Source of the DNA: Desulfobacterales bacterium
GTDB lineage: Bacteria > Desulfobacterota > Desulfobacteria > Desulfobacterales > UBA5852
NCBI GenBank assembly: GCA_963674755.2
Contig: CAXXVS010000003.1
Coordinates: 544,001 to 608,000, forward strand
DNA length: 64,000 nt
Direction: 5' to 3'
Part shown: piece after piece, positions 37,388 to 47,363 of the stretch
How positions within the stretch are numbered: the stretch's first letter is position 1
Layout of the letters: each line of letters starts with the position of its first letter
The notes under the pieces: generated by a model
Seen by the model: only the letters and a program-made list of their open reading frames with translations
Told to the model about the DNA's origin: nothing
Database searches by the model: none
Made by a program: the position numbers and the translations under genes

Positions 37388-38530
37388 TCACCAGCACGTT
37401 TGGCAGAGGTCGACCATGTCTTCTACCGTGGCCTCCCGGGGGTTGGTCAACAGGCAGGCATCCTGAGCCGCCATTTCACAGATCTGGGGCAGCACGGCCG
37501 GATCGCCCACGATCTCCCGCAGCCGGGTGGAAACACCCAAATCCGCAAAGAAGGCTTCTAAGCGCCCAATGCCGGCCTGGGCCGTGGCTTCGGCGCTGCC
37601 GGCGCGTTGTCCCAGGACGATTTCGCCGATATCGGCCATCTTGTCCACGCATAGCGGCAGATTGAAGCGCATGACGGCCGGCAGCAGGATCGGGTGAATG
37701 AGGCCGTGGGCCAGGTCCAGCTTGCCGCCCAGGGAGTGGGCCAGGGCATGGTCCAACCCCAGACTGGCATTGCTGAAGGCCATGGCCGCGCATGTGCAGG
37801 CGCTGGATAAATTATCCAATGCCGTCATGCGATGCCCCCCGAGGGCCAAGGGAAGATATTTCATGATCAGGTCGATGGCCTTGAGAGACTGGTTCTCCGT
37901 CAGCGTGGAGGCGATGCTGGAGACGTAGGATTCTACGGCATGGGACAGGGCGTCGATGGCTGAAGCGACGATGAGGTCTTCGGTTTTGGTGGTCAGCAGT
38001 TCGGGGTCGATGATGGATATGTTGGGCACCAGGGTCCGGCTGATGATTGACATCTTCACCTGGCGCTGCATGTCGGTGATAATGGCGAACTGGGAAATGT
38101 CGGCCCCGCTCCCGGCAGTGGACGGCATGAAGACCATGGGCGGGAGCGGGCGCTGGATGCGATTGGCGCCTTCGTAATCCTGGACCGTGCCGCCGTTGCT
38201 GGCCACCATGGCAATGCCTTTGGCGGCATCCATGGGGCTGCCGCCGCCAATGGCCATGACCACGTCACAGTCGGCCTCCTGATAACAGCGCACCCCCTCC
38301 TTGACCTGCTGATCCCGGGGGTTGGCGCTGATCTTGTTGAAATAGATCCACTCGAGCCGTTCGGCCTTCAGTATGGACTGGAGCCGCTCGACCCACCCGG
38401 CCTTCTCGAGCCCCTCATCGCTTACCAGAAAAACGCGTTCCGCCCCCAGGCGCTTGGCGCACAACGCCGAATACTTCAAACTGCCCGGACCGAACAGAAT
38501 TTCCGGAACCGAAAATTTTTTTACGTCCAT
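37388..38530 (-). CDS. Iron-containing alcohol dehydrogenase, ErcA-like, coupled to the two-component system
   Basis: GGGSPMD, DALSHAVE, GLDHALAH, HG; stop 1 nt before the kinase ATG. Confidence 0.88.
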   Translation of the reverse strand: MDVKKFSVPEILFGPGSLKYSALCAKRLGAERVFLVSDEGLEKAGWVERLQSILKAERLEWIYFNKISANPRDQQVKEGVRCYQEADCDVVMAIGGGSPMDAAKGIAMVASNGGTVQDYEGANRIQRPLPPMVFMPSTAGSGADISQFAIITDMQRQVKMSIISRTLVPNISIIDPELLTTKTEDLIVASAIDALSHAVESYVSSIASTLTENQSLKAIDLIMKYLPLALGGHRMTALDNLSSACTCAAMAFSNASLGLDHALAHSLGGKLDLAHGLIHPILLPAVMRFNLPLCVDKMADIGEIVLGQRAGSAEATAQAGIGRLEAFFADLGVSTRLREIVGDPAVLPQICEMAAQDACLLTNPREATVEDMVDLCQTCW

Positions 38531-38622
38531 GGTCTGGCCCTCCTGGCATGTTTGTCTGCGAAGGGCGTGCCAGGGCACACGTCCAAAAACGCCGGGAATA
38601 AAGGCGGAGGCAGCCAAGATAT

Positions 38623-38684
38623 GGGTCAAAACGACCCGAAAACCTCCTGGCCGGCGGGTCAACCTGCCCCGCCGGCCAGGAGGT
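38623..38684. promoter_or_regulatory. Candidate enhancer sites for the sigma54 activator plus 17-bp inverted repeat
   Basis: GGGTCAAAACGACCC (38623-38637) and GGGTCAACCTGCCCC (38656-38670), 33 bp apart; perfect IR 38642-38658/38668-38684. Confidence 0.5.
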
Positions 38685-38816
38685 GGCAAGGCCCCCGTTT
38701 TGTTGAAAACTTATCCGCCATCATTCATTTATAAAAATTACGATAACTGATTTAGATTCAATTTTCAAAGGGATATCAGCTTCAGCGCATTGCCGGTCAT
38801 GGACAGAAACGCACTC

Positions 38817-38831
38817 TGGCCCGCTATTTGC
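38817..38831 (+). promoter_or_regulatory. sigma54 (-24/-12) promoter of adh
   Basis: TGGCCC-GCTAT-TTGC matches TGGCAC-N5-TTGC. Confidence 0.8.
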
Positions 38832-38887
38832 CATGCGTCAGGCGTAAGGTTTCAATCCTTCACACCAATTTGCCAAAGGAGAAAGCC

Positions 38888-40054
38888 ATGACCGTTCAAG
38901 AGCAAGTATTCGGGTTTTTCATTCCCACCGTGACCCTCATGGGGATTGGGTCCCACAAAGAAATCGGCAACCAGATCAAGGTGCTGGGCGGCAAGAAGCC
39001 CTTCATCTGTACGGACAAAGGCATCACAGGCGCCGGAATTGCGGATCAGGTCACTGCGGTCATCAAGGAAGATTGCGGCGTGAAACCGGTCATCTACGAC
39101 GGCACGCATCCCAACCCCACCGACAAGAACGTCCACGAGGGCTACGAGCTCTACAAGTCCAAAAAATGCGATCTGATCATCTCCCTGGGCGGCGGCAGCT
39201 CCCACGATTGCGGCAAGGGGATCGGCATCCTGGCCACCAACGGCGGCAACATCCGCGACTATGAGGGCGTTGACCAATCCCAAAAAGCCATGCCGCCGTT
39301 TATTGCCGTCAACACAACTGCCGGCACGGCTAGCGAAATGACCCGCTTTTGCATCATCACGGACACCAGCCGCAAGGTCAAGATGGCCATCGTGGACTGG
39401 CGCGTCACCCCCAATGTGGCCATCGACGATCCGTTGCTGATGGTGGGCATGCCGCCGGCCCTGACGGCGGCCACCGGCATGGACGCCCTCACCCATGCCG
39501 TCGAGGCCTATGTGTCCACCATTGCCACGCCGGTCACGGACGCCTGCGCTCTCAAAGCCATCGAACTCGTGGCGAGCTATCTCAGGGCCGCCGTAGCCAA
39601 CGGCAGCGACATGGAAGCCCGGGACAAGATGTGCTACGCCCAGTACCTGGCCGGGATGGCCTTCAACAATGCCAGCCTCGGCCATGTGCACGCCATGGCT
39701 CACCAGTTGGGGGGCTTCTACGATCTGCCCCACGGGGTCTGTAACGCCATCCTGCTGCCCCACGTGAGCCGCTTCAACCTCATCGCCAAGATGGACCGTT
39801 TCGCCGATATTGCGGTGGCCATGGGCGAAAACATTGAAGGGTTGTCCATCCGGGCGGCTGCCGACGTGGCCCTGGATGCCATCCAGACCCTTTCCGTGGA
39901 CGTGGGCATCCCATCCGGGTTGAAGGAACTGGGTGTCAAGGAAAAGGACCTCAAGACCATGGCCGAAAACGCCCAGAAGGATGCCTGCGGGCTCACCAAC
40001 CCGCGCTGCCCCACTCTGGAGGACGTGATCGGAATTTATAAGAACGCCCTGTAA
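38888..40054 (+). CDS. adh: Iron-containing alcohol dehydrogenase (DhaT/YiaY/Adh1-like)
   Basis: GGGSSHDCGK, NTTAGTASEMT, GMDALTHAVE, HAMAHQLGG, PHG; AAGGAG RBS. Confidence 0.93.
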   Translation: MTVQEQVFGFFIPTVTLMGIGSHKEIGNQIKVLGGKKPFICTDKGITGAGIADQVTAVIKEDCGVKPVIYDGTHPNPTDKNVHEGYELYKSKKCDLIISLGGGSSHDCGKGIGILATNGGNIRDYEGVDQSQKAMPPFIAVNTTAGTASEMTRFCIITDTSRKVKMAIVDWRVTPNVAIDDPLLMVGMPPALTAATGMDALTHAVEAYVSTIATPVTDACALKAIELVASYLRAAVANGSDMEARDKMCYAQYLAGMAFNNASLGHVHAMAHQLGGFYDLPHGVCNAILLPHVSRFNLIAKMDRFADIAVAMGENIEGLSIRAAADVALDAIQTLSVDVGIPSGLKELGVKEKDLKTMAENAQKDACGLTNPRCPTLEDVIGIYKNAL

Positions 40055-40160
40055 AGCGCTTATCGATAAAATCGCGTACCCATCGAACACGGCTGTTGCG
40101 GGACCGCTGGTTTGGCGGGCCCGGACAGCCGTCACCGATCATTCCGGATGGCGGGAAACG

Positions 40161-40445
40161 ATGTCAAAGCGATCCAGAGTCGAATCGACGAAGATCATCC
40201 TTTATGCCTTGCAGACCTGCAGCCATTGCAAGGATTTAAAGAGGTGGCTTGCGGAGCGTGGACTGCCGTTTCAAACGGTTAATGTCGACATGCTGGCGGG
40301 CGCCGAACGCAACGATACCCTGCGGCATCTCCGGCGTATCAATCCCCGCATGTCGTTTCCGACCCTCGTGGTGGGGGATACCACCATTGTGGGTTTCAAG
40401 GAGGAGGATATCCGGACGGCGCTGGCAATATTCGAATCCGAATAA
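40161..40445 (+). CDS. Glutaredoxin-family protein
   Basis: CSHC, SFPT, IVGF. Confidence 0.85.
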   Translation: MSKRSRVESTKIILYALQTCSHCKDLKRWLAERGLPFQTVNVDMLAGAERNDTLRHLRRINPRMSFPTLVVGDTTIVGFKEEDIRTALAIFESE

Positions 40446-40604
40446 GGCTTTTTTCAATTGACCCGATCCGATGCCGCCATATGGGGGCGGGCGGCAACCT
40501 GCTCTCCAGCGCGCTGTCCGTGAGCACAACCTCGGCAGATCCTCGCAATGGGGACCTGGGAACCGGTCGCCATAGGCGGCGATGCGGTACGTCGCCCACA
40601 AGGT

Positions 40605-42506
40605 TCAGAGTTCCAGCTGCACCCCTACCTCGATCACCTGATCGGAGGGAATGCCGAAAAACGATCCGGCATCCAGGGCATTTTTGGACATGAACAAAAA
40701 CAGATTCGATCGCCAGCGGCGCATCTGCGGTTTTTCGCCGATCACCAGCTTTTCTCTCCCCAGAAAAAAGCTGGCATTGTCCGCCTTGATACCGATGCCC
40801 TTCTCCCGGATCAGGGAAAGAACGGCGTCGATCCGGGCGCCCTCCATGTAGCCGTGATGGGCAATGATCCGGTAAACGCCGCCGAACAGTTTTTCCTCTT
40901 CGATTTTTTCGAAGTTCGGCACCCGCGGGATGTCTTCGGTGGCAAAGTGCAGGATCATGATGTCGGCGTGCAAGATTTTATTGTGGTTGAGGTTCTGCAC
41001 AAGGGCCTGGGGAACGCGATTGGGGCTGGTGGTCAGATAAACGGCCTGCCCGCGGACCCGGTGCGGCTGCTCCTCCTCGATCCGTTGCCGGAAGTCGTCC
41101 AGGGCGACGGCGCGATCGGTCAGTTGCTCTGCCAGAATTTTGCGTCCCTTTTTCCAGGTCATCATCAGGAAGAAAAAGAAAGCGCCCACCACCAGCGGAA
41201 ACCAGGCGCCGTGCAGGATTTTGCTGATATTGGCCAGGAAGAAGGGGATGTCCACCAGGAAAAAGAGGCCGGTCAGCGCAACGGCCGCGGGCCAGGGCCA
41301 CTGCCAGCGGTGCCGGGCGATGACGAAGAACAAGGTGGTCGTGATCAGCATGGTGGAGGTGACGGCCACGCCGTAGGCCGCGGCCAATTGGCTGGAGGAC
41401 TGGAAACCGATGACCAGCCCGATGGTGCAGGCCATGAGCAGCCAGTTGACCGGGGCGATGTAGATCTGGCCGATCTGGGTGGCCGAAGTATGGGCAATAT
41501 TGAGGCGGGGCAGGTAGCCCAGCTGGATGGCCTGGCGGGTGAGGGAGAAGGCGCCTGTGATCACGGCCTGGGACGCGATGATGGTGGCAATGGTGGCCAG
41601 AATGACCACGGGGATGAGGGCCCATTCCGGAACCAGCGCGTAAAAAGGATGATGCGAAGCTTCCGGATGGCGCATCAGAAGCGCCCCCTGACCGAAATAG
41701 TTCAGCACCAGGGCCGGTAAAACCAGGAACGTCCAGGTCAGCCGGATGGGGATCTTGCCGAAATGGCCCATGTCGGCATAGAGGGCTTCGGCGCCGGTCA
41801 CCACCAGAAAGACGGCGCCTAAAACGACAAATCCATGCAGCCCGTTGTCAACGAAAAACCGGATGCCATGCCAGGGCGAGAGCGCCGTCAGAACGTTGGG
41901 CTCCCGTAGAATCTGGAGTGTTCCCAACAGGGCCAGCAGGGCAAACCAAACCAGAATGATCGGGCCGAAAAAGCTGCCCACCCGCGCCGTGCCGTGCCGT
42001 TGGATGAAAAACAGACCGGTCAGGATGACAATGGTCAGAGGAACGATGTAGGGTTTGAACAAAGGGGTAATGATGCGAATCCCCTCCACGGCGCTAAGCA
42101 CCGAGATGGCAGGGGTAATCATGCCGTCGCCATAGAGCAGGCAGGCGGCAAACAGCCCCACCGTCGCCAAACCCGCCCGATAGCGCGGCGCAATCTGAAC
42201 ATGCCGGAGCAGGGCGGTCAGCGCGATCACCCCGCCCTCGCCGTGGTTGTCCGCCCGGACCACAAAGGTCAGGTATTTGAGGGTGACGATGAGCACCAAA
42301 GCCCAGAACATGAGGGAGAGCACTCCCAGGACATTCCCCTGGGTGACCGGGATGCCATAGTCGCCATGGAAGCACTCCCGGATGGCATATAGCGGGCTGG
42401 TGCCGATATCGCCAAAGACCACGCCCAACGCTGCCAGGGAGAGCTTGGCCAGGCGCCGGCGGGCATTCTTTTGGGGCAGGGCCGTATCGTTCGCGCTGGA
42501 ATTCAT
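40605..42506 (-). CDS. kup: Kup potassium transporter
   Basis: GVVFGDIGTSPLY, DGMITPAISVLSAVEG, TGAEALYADMGHF, LAAAYG. Confidence 0.96.
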   Translation of the reverse strand: MNSSANDTALPQKNARRRLAKLSLAALGVVFGDIGTSPLYAIRECFHGDYGIPVTQGNVLGVLSLMFWALVLIVTLKYLTFVVRADNHGEGGVIALTALLRHVQIAPRYRAGLATVGLFAACLLYGDGMITPAISVLSAVEGIRIITPLFKPYIVPLTIVILTGLFFIQRHGTARVGSFFGPIILVWFALLALLGTLQILREPNVLTALSPWHGIRFFVDNGLHGFVVLGAVFLVVTGAEALYADMGHFGKIPIRLTWTFLVLPALVLNYFGQGALLMRHPEASHHPFYALVPEWALIPVVILATIATIIASQAVITGAFSLTRQAIQLGYLPRLNIAHTSATQIGQIYIAPVNWLLMACTIGLVIGFQSSSQLAAAYGVAVTSTMLITTTLFFVIARHRWQWPWPAAVALTGLFFLVDIPFFLANISKILHGAWFPLVVGAFFFFLMMTWKKGRKILAEQLTDRAVALDDFRQRIEEEQPHRVRGQAVYLTTSPNRVPQALVQNLNHNKILHADIMILHFATEDIPRVPNFEKIEEEKLFGGVYRIIAHHGYMEGARIDAVLSLIREKGIGIKADNASFFLGREKLVIGEKPQMRRWRSNLFLFMSKNALDAGSFFGIPSDQVIEVGVQLEL

Positions 42507-42934
42507 TCGGCCTGATAGTCCGTCACCGCCTGGCGGAAGGCGTCCGGCAGCGGGGTGGATTTCTCGGTGCGGGCGTCCACCAGAACCGCCGTGATGTGCC
42601 CTGTGGCCACGATTTTGCGATCGGCCTCACGGACCATGGTCATCTCGGCGGTCAGGCTGCTGGTGCCCATTTTGGCGATCCGGGCGTGCACATCGAGCCG
42701 GTCTTCGAAAAAAGAGGGCCCCTTGAATTGGCAGCCGCTGTCCACGTAGAAGAGGGCCAGGTCCTTCGCGGTAAAGGTCGACCAGGGATAGCCCAGCGCG
42801 GCCAGATAGGCCATGAAGCCCTCGTCCATGAACGTGAAATAGCTGCCGAAGAAGACGTGGCCCAGGGCGTCCGTGTCGGCAAAGCGAACCTGGATGGGCA
42901 GATGGAATCGGGCCAGAGGAATAGATTGCTTCAT
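42503..42934 (-). CDS. 4HBT/YbgC-like acyl-CoA thioesterase
   Basis: VRFADTDALGHV hotdog motif. Confidence 0.85.
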   Translation of the reverse strand: MKQSIPLARFHLPIQVRFADTDALGHVFFGSYFTFMDEGFMAYLAALGYPWSTFTAKDLALFYVDSGCQFKGPSFFEDRLDVHARIAKMGTSSLTAEMTMVREADRKIVATGHITAVLVDARTEKSTPLPDAFRQAVTDYQAE

Positions 42935-43087
42935 GCGATTCTCTTTCATTAGAGACGCCTCTTCAGGGGCGCCTTTAAGTGCTCACCTAGAACATGTTCA
43001 ACATAAGGCTCGGGCCGGAGCGGATCAAGAGGCCTATTTCGTTCGGCCGAGAGCCGTCTTGGGTGGGTTGCCGTCGATGAAAGACGC

Positions 43088-44356
43088 TTACTCCACGAGG
43101 CCGCACCAGCGGGCCAGAAACAAGGCGTAGGTCCGGGCCGTCTGTAGGATGCTGGCGATTTCCACCCGTTCGTTGGCGGCATGGATGTTCTCCGCCACCG
43201 GACCGTAGCAGGTGCCCCGCCCCCGGCCGAAACTGTGGAAGGCGCGCAGGTCGGTGGTGCAGGTGGAGACGTAGCCGGCGGCCTCTTGTCCGATGAGAGC
43301 CCGGTGGCAATCGTTCAAGGTGGCCAGAACCGGGTGTCCGCGGTCGATGGTGTGGCCTTCGGACCGGAAGCCGTAGAAGGATACCTGGGGTGGGTTCTCC
43401 GCCAGCCAGGGATCTTCCCGGGCGGCTTCACGCACGGCGTCCTGGATGCGGCGGCAGACGGTCTCGTAGGGGGTGCCGGGAAAAAAGGACAGGCGGCCGT
43501 GGAATTCGGCGGCGGCCGGCACGGTGGAGGGCCAGTCGCCGCCGCGGAAGATGCCGATGTTCAGGTTGATGGGATGGGCCATCTCCCGGTAGGCCTCCGG
43601 GCGCGCTTCGGCATTCATCTCCGCTTCCAGGCCACGCAAGCGGGCCACCACGGGCCAGCTCTTTTCGATGGCGTTGGTGCCGGCGGTGGCCGCCAGGACA
43701 TGGCTCGGCTGTCCGTGCATGGCGACCTTGAACCACAACACCCCCACCTGGGCGGTGTACAGGGTCGGGCCGAAGGGTTCCGGGATGAGCACGGCCTCGG
43801 CATCGTAGCCCGCTTCGAGGCAGGCCAGGGCTCCGTTGCCGCAGCATTCCTCTTCGATGACCGCCTCCAGGGTGACCGGCGCGGCGAGGCCGAATCCGGC
43901 TCCTTCGACGGCATGCAGGGCATAGGTCATGGCCGCCACCCCGGACTTCATGTCGCCGGCGCCGCGGCCGTAAAGCCAGCCGTCGCGACGGGTGGGGGTG
44001 AAAGGGTCGGTCTGCCACAGGTCCATGGGCTCGGGGCTGACCACGTCGAGGTGCCCGTTGAAGAGCGCGCTGCGGCCGCCGTCGGCATCCGCCGGTCGGT
44101 GCGCCACCAGGTTGTAGCGTCCTTGATAACCCCACGGAACCGGCGCAAAGCCCGGATGGTCGGACAGCTTGTCGGGTTCGACGGGCACTCGCACCGGTGA
44201 CATACCCAGGCCGCGCCAGGCGGCTTCCATCACTTCCAGCGCGCCTGTTTCTTTTTCCAGCACGCTGGGCTGGGCCACCAATTGTTCGGTCAGGTCAATG
44301 ATTTTTTCAGAGAGGCGGTCGACCGTGTCGATGAGTTTGCGTTCGCGAGGGTCCAT
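43088..44356 (-). CDS. ArgE/DapE-family (M20) deacylase
   Basis: NGHLDVV, GRGAGDMK, EEE, H.ANE. Confidence 0.9.
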   Translation of the reverse strand: MDPRERKLIDTVDRLSEKIIDLTEQLVAQPSVLEKETGALEVMEAAWRGLGMSPVRVPVEPDKLSDHPGFAPVPWGYQGRYNLVAHRPADADGGRSALFNGHLDVVSPEPMDLWQTDPFTPTRRDGWLYGRGAGDMKSGVAAMTYALHAVEGAGFGLAAPVTLEAVIEEECCGNGALACLEAGYDAEAVLIPEPFGPTLYTAQVGVLWFKVAMHGQPSHVLAATAGTNAIEKSWPVVARLRGLEAEMNAEARPEAYREMAHPINLNIGIFRGGDWPSTVPAAAEFHGRLSFFPGTPYETVCRRIQDAVREAAREDPWLAENPPQVSFYGFRSEGHTIDRGHPVLATLNDCHRALIGQEAAGYVSTCTTDLRAFHSFGRGRGTCYGPVAENIHAANERVEIASILQTARTYALFLARWCGLVE

Positions 44357-44377
44357 GGCGGAATTCCTTTGCCGAAG

Positions 44378-45028
44378 TTAAAAGCGCGGGATTGCGCCGT
44401 CCGTTACCAGAAGCGGGGCGGTGGTTTTGGCCTGCACCTCGCTGAGGTTTGTTTCCCGGGCCAGTTCCCGCAGCCGCAACCCCTGGGGGGTGACATCGAT
44501 CACGGCCAGCTCGGTGATAATGGTCTTGACGCAGCCCTTGGCGGTCAGGGGCAGGGTGCAGCGTTCGAGGATCTTGGGCCGGCCGTCCCGGGTGGTGTGG
44601 GTGGTGGTGACGATCACTTGGCGGGCCTTCTGGGCCAACTCCATGCCTCCGCCGATGCCCGGTGCCATTTTGCCGGGGACGATCCAGTTGGCCAGATCCC
44701 CTTCCGCCGACACCTCCAGGGTGCCTAGAAAGGTGATGTCCACGCGCCCCCCGCGGATGATGGCGAAGGACACCGCACTGTCGAAAAAGGAGGCGCCGGG
44801 TTGCAGGGTCACGTAGCTGCCCCCGGCGTCGATCAGGTTGCGGTCCTCGGTGCCGCGGCCACAGCGGTGGCCGACGCCCAAAATGCCGTTTTCCGACTGG
44901 ATGAAGACCTCGCCGGCGTTGGGCAGGTAGTCGGGGATCATGGTGGGAATCCCGATGCCCAGATTGATGACCTGGCCCGGCTGTACTTCCCGGGCGGCCC
45001 GGGCCGCGATCTTTTCTTTATAGGACAT
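44378..45028 (-). CDS. 3-oxoacid CoA-transferase subunit B
   Basis: NLGIGIPT, SENG catalytic Glu, GDLANW, GGGMEL. Confidence 0.92.
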   Translation of the reverse strand: MSYKEKIAARAAREVQPGQVINLGIGIPTMIPDYLPNAGEVFIQSENGILGVGHRCGRGTEDRNLIDAGGSYVTLQPGASFFDSAVSFAIIRGGRVDITFLGTLEVSAEGDLANWIVPGKMAPGIGGGMELAQKARQVIVTTTHTTRDGRPKILERCTLPLTAKGCVKTIITELAVIDVTPQGLRLRELARETNLSEVQAKTTAPLLVTDGAIPRF

Positions 45029-45713
45029 GGCGTGCCAGCACTCCGTATTCCGCAGTGAGTTCGTCCAGGACAACGATATGGTCGACAAAGGCCCCGGGCA
45101 GATGCACGGCGTCGGGGTCCAGGGCGCCGACGGGAACGATGGCCTCGGTTTCCACGATGACCCGGTCGGCGGCCATGGCCATCAGAGGGCTGAAGTTGCG
45201 TGCGCTTTGGGCGAATTGGAGATTGCCCGCCCGGTCGGCCGTGGCGGCGTGAATCAGGGCGATGTCGGCCCGCAGGGCCGGCTCCAGAATGGCTTCCTGT
45301 CCCGCCACCCGGACGAGCTGCCGGTTCTCCCGCAGGATGGTGTCGATGCCGATATCCGTTACGATCCCCAGCAGGCCCGCTCCGCCGGCGCGGATCTTTT
45401 CGGCCAGGATGCCCTGGGGGTAGAGTTCGACCGTGATTTCGCTGCGGTTCATCATGGCGATGGCGGTGGGATTGAGTCCCAGATGGGACGTTATCAAGGT
45501 GTGCACCCGCCCGGCTTCCAGAAGTTTGGAAACCCCCATGCCGGCTTCATTGGCCTCGTTTTTTACCAGGGTCAGGTTGCGGGTGCCCTGGGCCAGCAGC
45601 CGGTCGATCAGGGTGAAAGGGGTTCCCGGCACGCCGAAGCCGCCCACCATGACCGTGTGGCCGTCCTGCACCGCGGTCAGGGCCTGCTCGATCGCCATGG
45701 TTTTATCCATCAT
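45018..45713 (-). CDS. 3-oxoacid CoA-transferase subunit A
   Basis: DG.T.MVGGFG..G.P, PQG.LAE.IRAGG.G, ARNF. Confidence 0.92.
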   Translation of the reverse strand: MMDKTMAIEQALTAVQDGHTVMVGGFGVPGTPFTLIDRLLAQGTRNLTLVKNEANEAGMGVSKLLEAGRVHTLITSHLGLNPTAIAMMNRSEITVELYPQGILAEKIRAGGAGLLGIVTDIGIDTILRENRQLVRVAGQEAILEPALRADIALIHAATADRAGNLQFAQSARNFSPLMAMAADRVIVETEAIVPVGALDPDAVHLPGAFVDHIVVLDELTAEYGVLARHVL

Positions 45714-45721
45714 GTCCTCCC

Positions 45722-47095
45722 CTATCCATCCGTTGGCGGCAGCTGCGCTTCCGTTTTGGCCAGGGCCCGATCGAGGCGCTCCAGCAGCTCCCGAATTTCG
45801 GCGCGGGTGACGATGAGGGGCGGCGCGATAAGGACATGGTCTCCCCGCAGGCCGTTGAGGGGACGCCGGGGATAGATGATAAGCCCTTCGTCATAGGCCG
45901 CGTCGGTCAGCCGGAAATGGGCATTCAGCTCGGCCGGAAACGGTTCCCGGCGCCGTCGGTCCTGGACCAGTTCGATGGCCATGAGCAGTCCGCGTCCCCG
46001 TACGTTCCCGATGAAAGCGTAACGCTTTTTTAGCTGGTCCAGGCCGCGCTTCAGGACCCGGCCCATCTGGTCGGCGTTTTCGGTCAGGCGCTGTTCGATG
46101 ATCACGTCCAGCACCTCGAGACCCACGGCGCAGCCCATGGGATTGCCGGCCAGGGTGTGGCCGTGGGCAAAGCCGCCTTTGGCCAGCATTTCCTCCACAT
46201 AGGTGGTGCGTGCGGCGATGGCGCCCAAGGGATAGTAGCCCGAGGTCATGCCCTTGGAGAGGACCACGATATCGGCCTCCACGTCCCAGTGCTCATAAGC
46301 GAACAGCTTGCCGGTGCGGCCGAAACCGGTCATGACTTCATCCAGAATCAGAAAAATGCCGTATTTTTTGCAGATCTCCTGGATCACCGCAAAGTAGTTC
46401 GGCGGCGGCACCACGGCCCCGGTGCTGGCGCCGCCGATGGGTTCGACCACGAACCCGGCGATGCTGTCCGGCCCCTCCTCCTGGATGACCTTCTCCAGCT
46501 CCCAGGCACATTGCAGGTTGCAGGCCGTCTTGCGGTGGTACGGGCAATGGTAGCAGGACGGCGCCTGAATCTTGGGATGGGTCTGGATCATGGGCCGGAA
46601 GGGGATCTCCAGGGGGGCGTAGGATGTCAGGGACAGCGCCCCCAGGGTCGATCCGTGGTAGGAAGGCCGGCGGCTGATGAATTGGGTGCGCTGTTTTTCG
46701 CCGCGGTTGAAGAAGTACTGGCGGCACAGCTTGATGGCGGACTCCACGGCCTCGGAACCGCTGGAGACGAAGAAGATGCGTTGCAGGTGGGGGGCCAGGT
46801 GCTTGACCAGCTCAGCGGCGTAGCGGTGGGCCGGCTCGTTTTCAAACTGGGTGCGGTAGGCGAAGACGGCCCGGCGGGCCTGGTCCGCGAGCCGTTCGGC
46901 CACCCGCAGGTTGCCGTGGCCGATGTTGCAGCACACCGCCCCCGAGCATCCGTCGAGGTATTGTTTCCCGGTGTGGTCCCAGATGTAGATGCCTTCGGCC
47001 CGATCGATGAAAGGCAGGGCCCGGCGGGCCTGGTAGAAAAGATAGTCGGTGGTGCAAGGAGCCGGATGCGCCTTGCCTGGGGCATGCTTCGTCAT
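45722..47095 (-). CDS. Class III (omega/beta-amino acid) aminotransferase
   Basis: SGSEAVE, SYHG.T, EPIGG, DEVMTGFGRTG, SKG (PLP Lys), GHT. Confidence 0.92.
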   Translation of the reverse strand: MTKHAPGKAHPAPCTTDYLFYQARRALPFIDRAEGIYIWDHTGKQYLDGCSGAVCCNIGHGNLRVAERLADQARRAVFAYRTQFENEPAHRYAAELVKHLAPHLQRIFFVSSGSEAVESAIKLCRQYFFNRGEKQRTQFISRRPSYHGSTLGALSLTSYAPLEIPFRPMIQTHPKIQAPSCYHCPYHRKTACNLQCAWELEKVIQEEGPDSIAGFVVEPIGGASTGAVVPPPNYFAVIQEICKKYGIFLILDEVMTGFGRTGKLFAYEHWDVEADIVVLSKGMTSGYYPLGAIAARTTYVEEMLAKGGFAHGHTLAGNPMGCAVGLEVLDVIIEQRLTENADQMGRVLKRGLDQLKKRYAFIGNVRGRGLLMAIELVQDRRRREPFPAELNAHFRLTDAAYDEGLIIYPRRPLNGLRGDHVLIAPPLIVTRAEIRELLERLDRALAKTEAQLPPTDG

Positions 47096-47363
47096 GATCC
47101 TCCCTTCTTGTGAGGAACGGCGTCTGTCCTAGCGACCCGTTGAAAATTGGCGTCCGCGTGACTTTCCGAGCTGGAAACGGGGATGACGGCCCAAGAGGAA
47201 ACAGTCAAGTGGGCATAGGTTGTCGGCAGGCGCAGCCGATGTTTCTCGGGTGGTGCTGCCGCCTTCGGATCGATTGTAGGTTAGCTGTAGATGGTGCAGG
47301 CGTCCTTGTCAAGTGAGGGGAAACGGGGGTGGGCCGGAATGGTCAAAGGCGTTGCGGTCATGC

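Noticed and set aside
42950..43088. c-di-AMP (ydaO) riboswitch upstream of thioesterase-kup
   Set aside because: No GCTGAA-type core recognised; only a short hairpin and a weak promoter match
47096..47312. Riboswitch in the leader of the aminotransferase operon
   Set aside because: No lysine, glycine, TPP or SAM consensus recognised; only TTGACA with a poor -10
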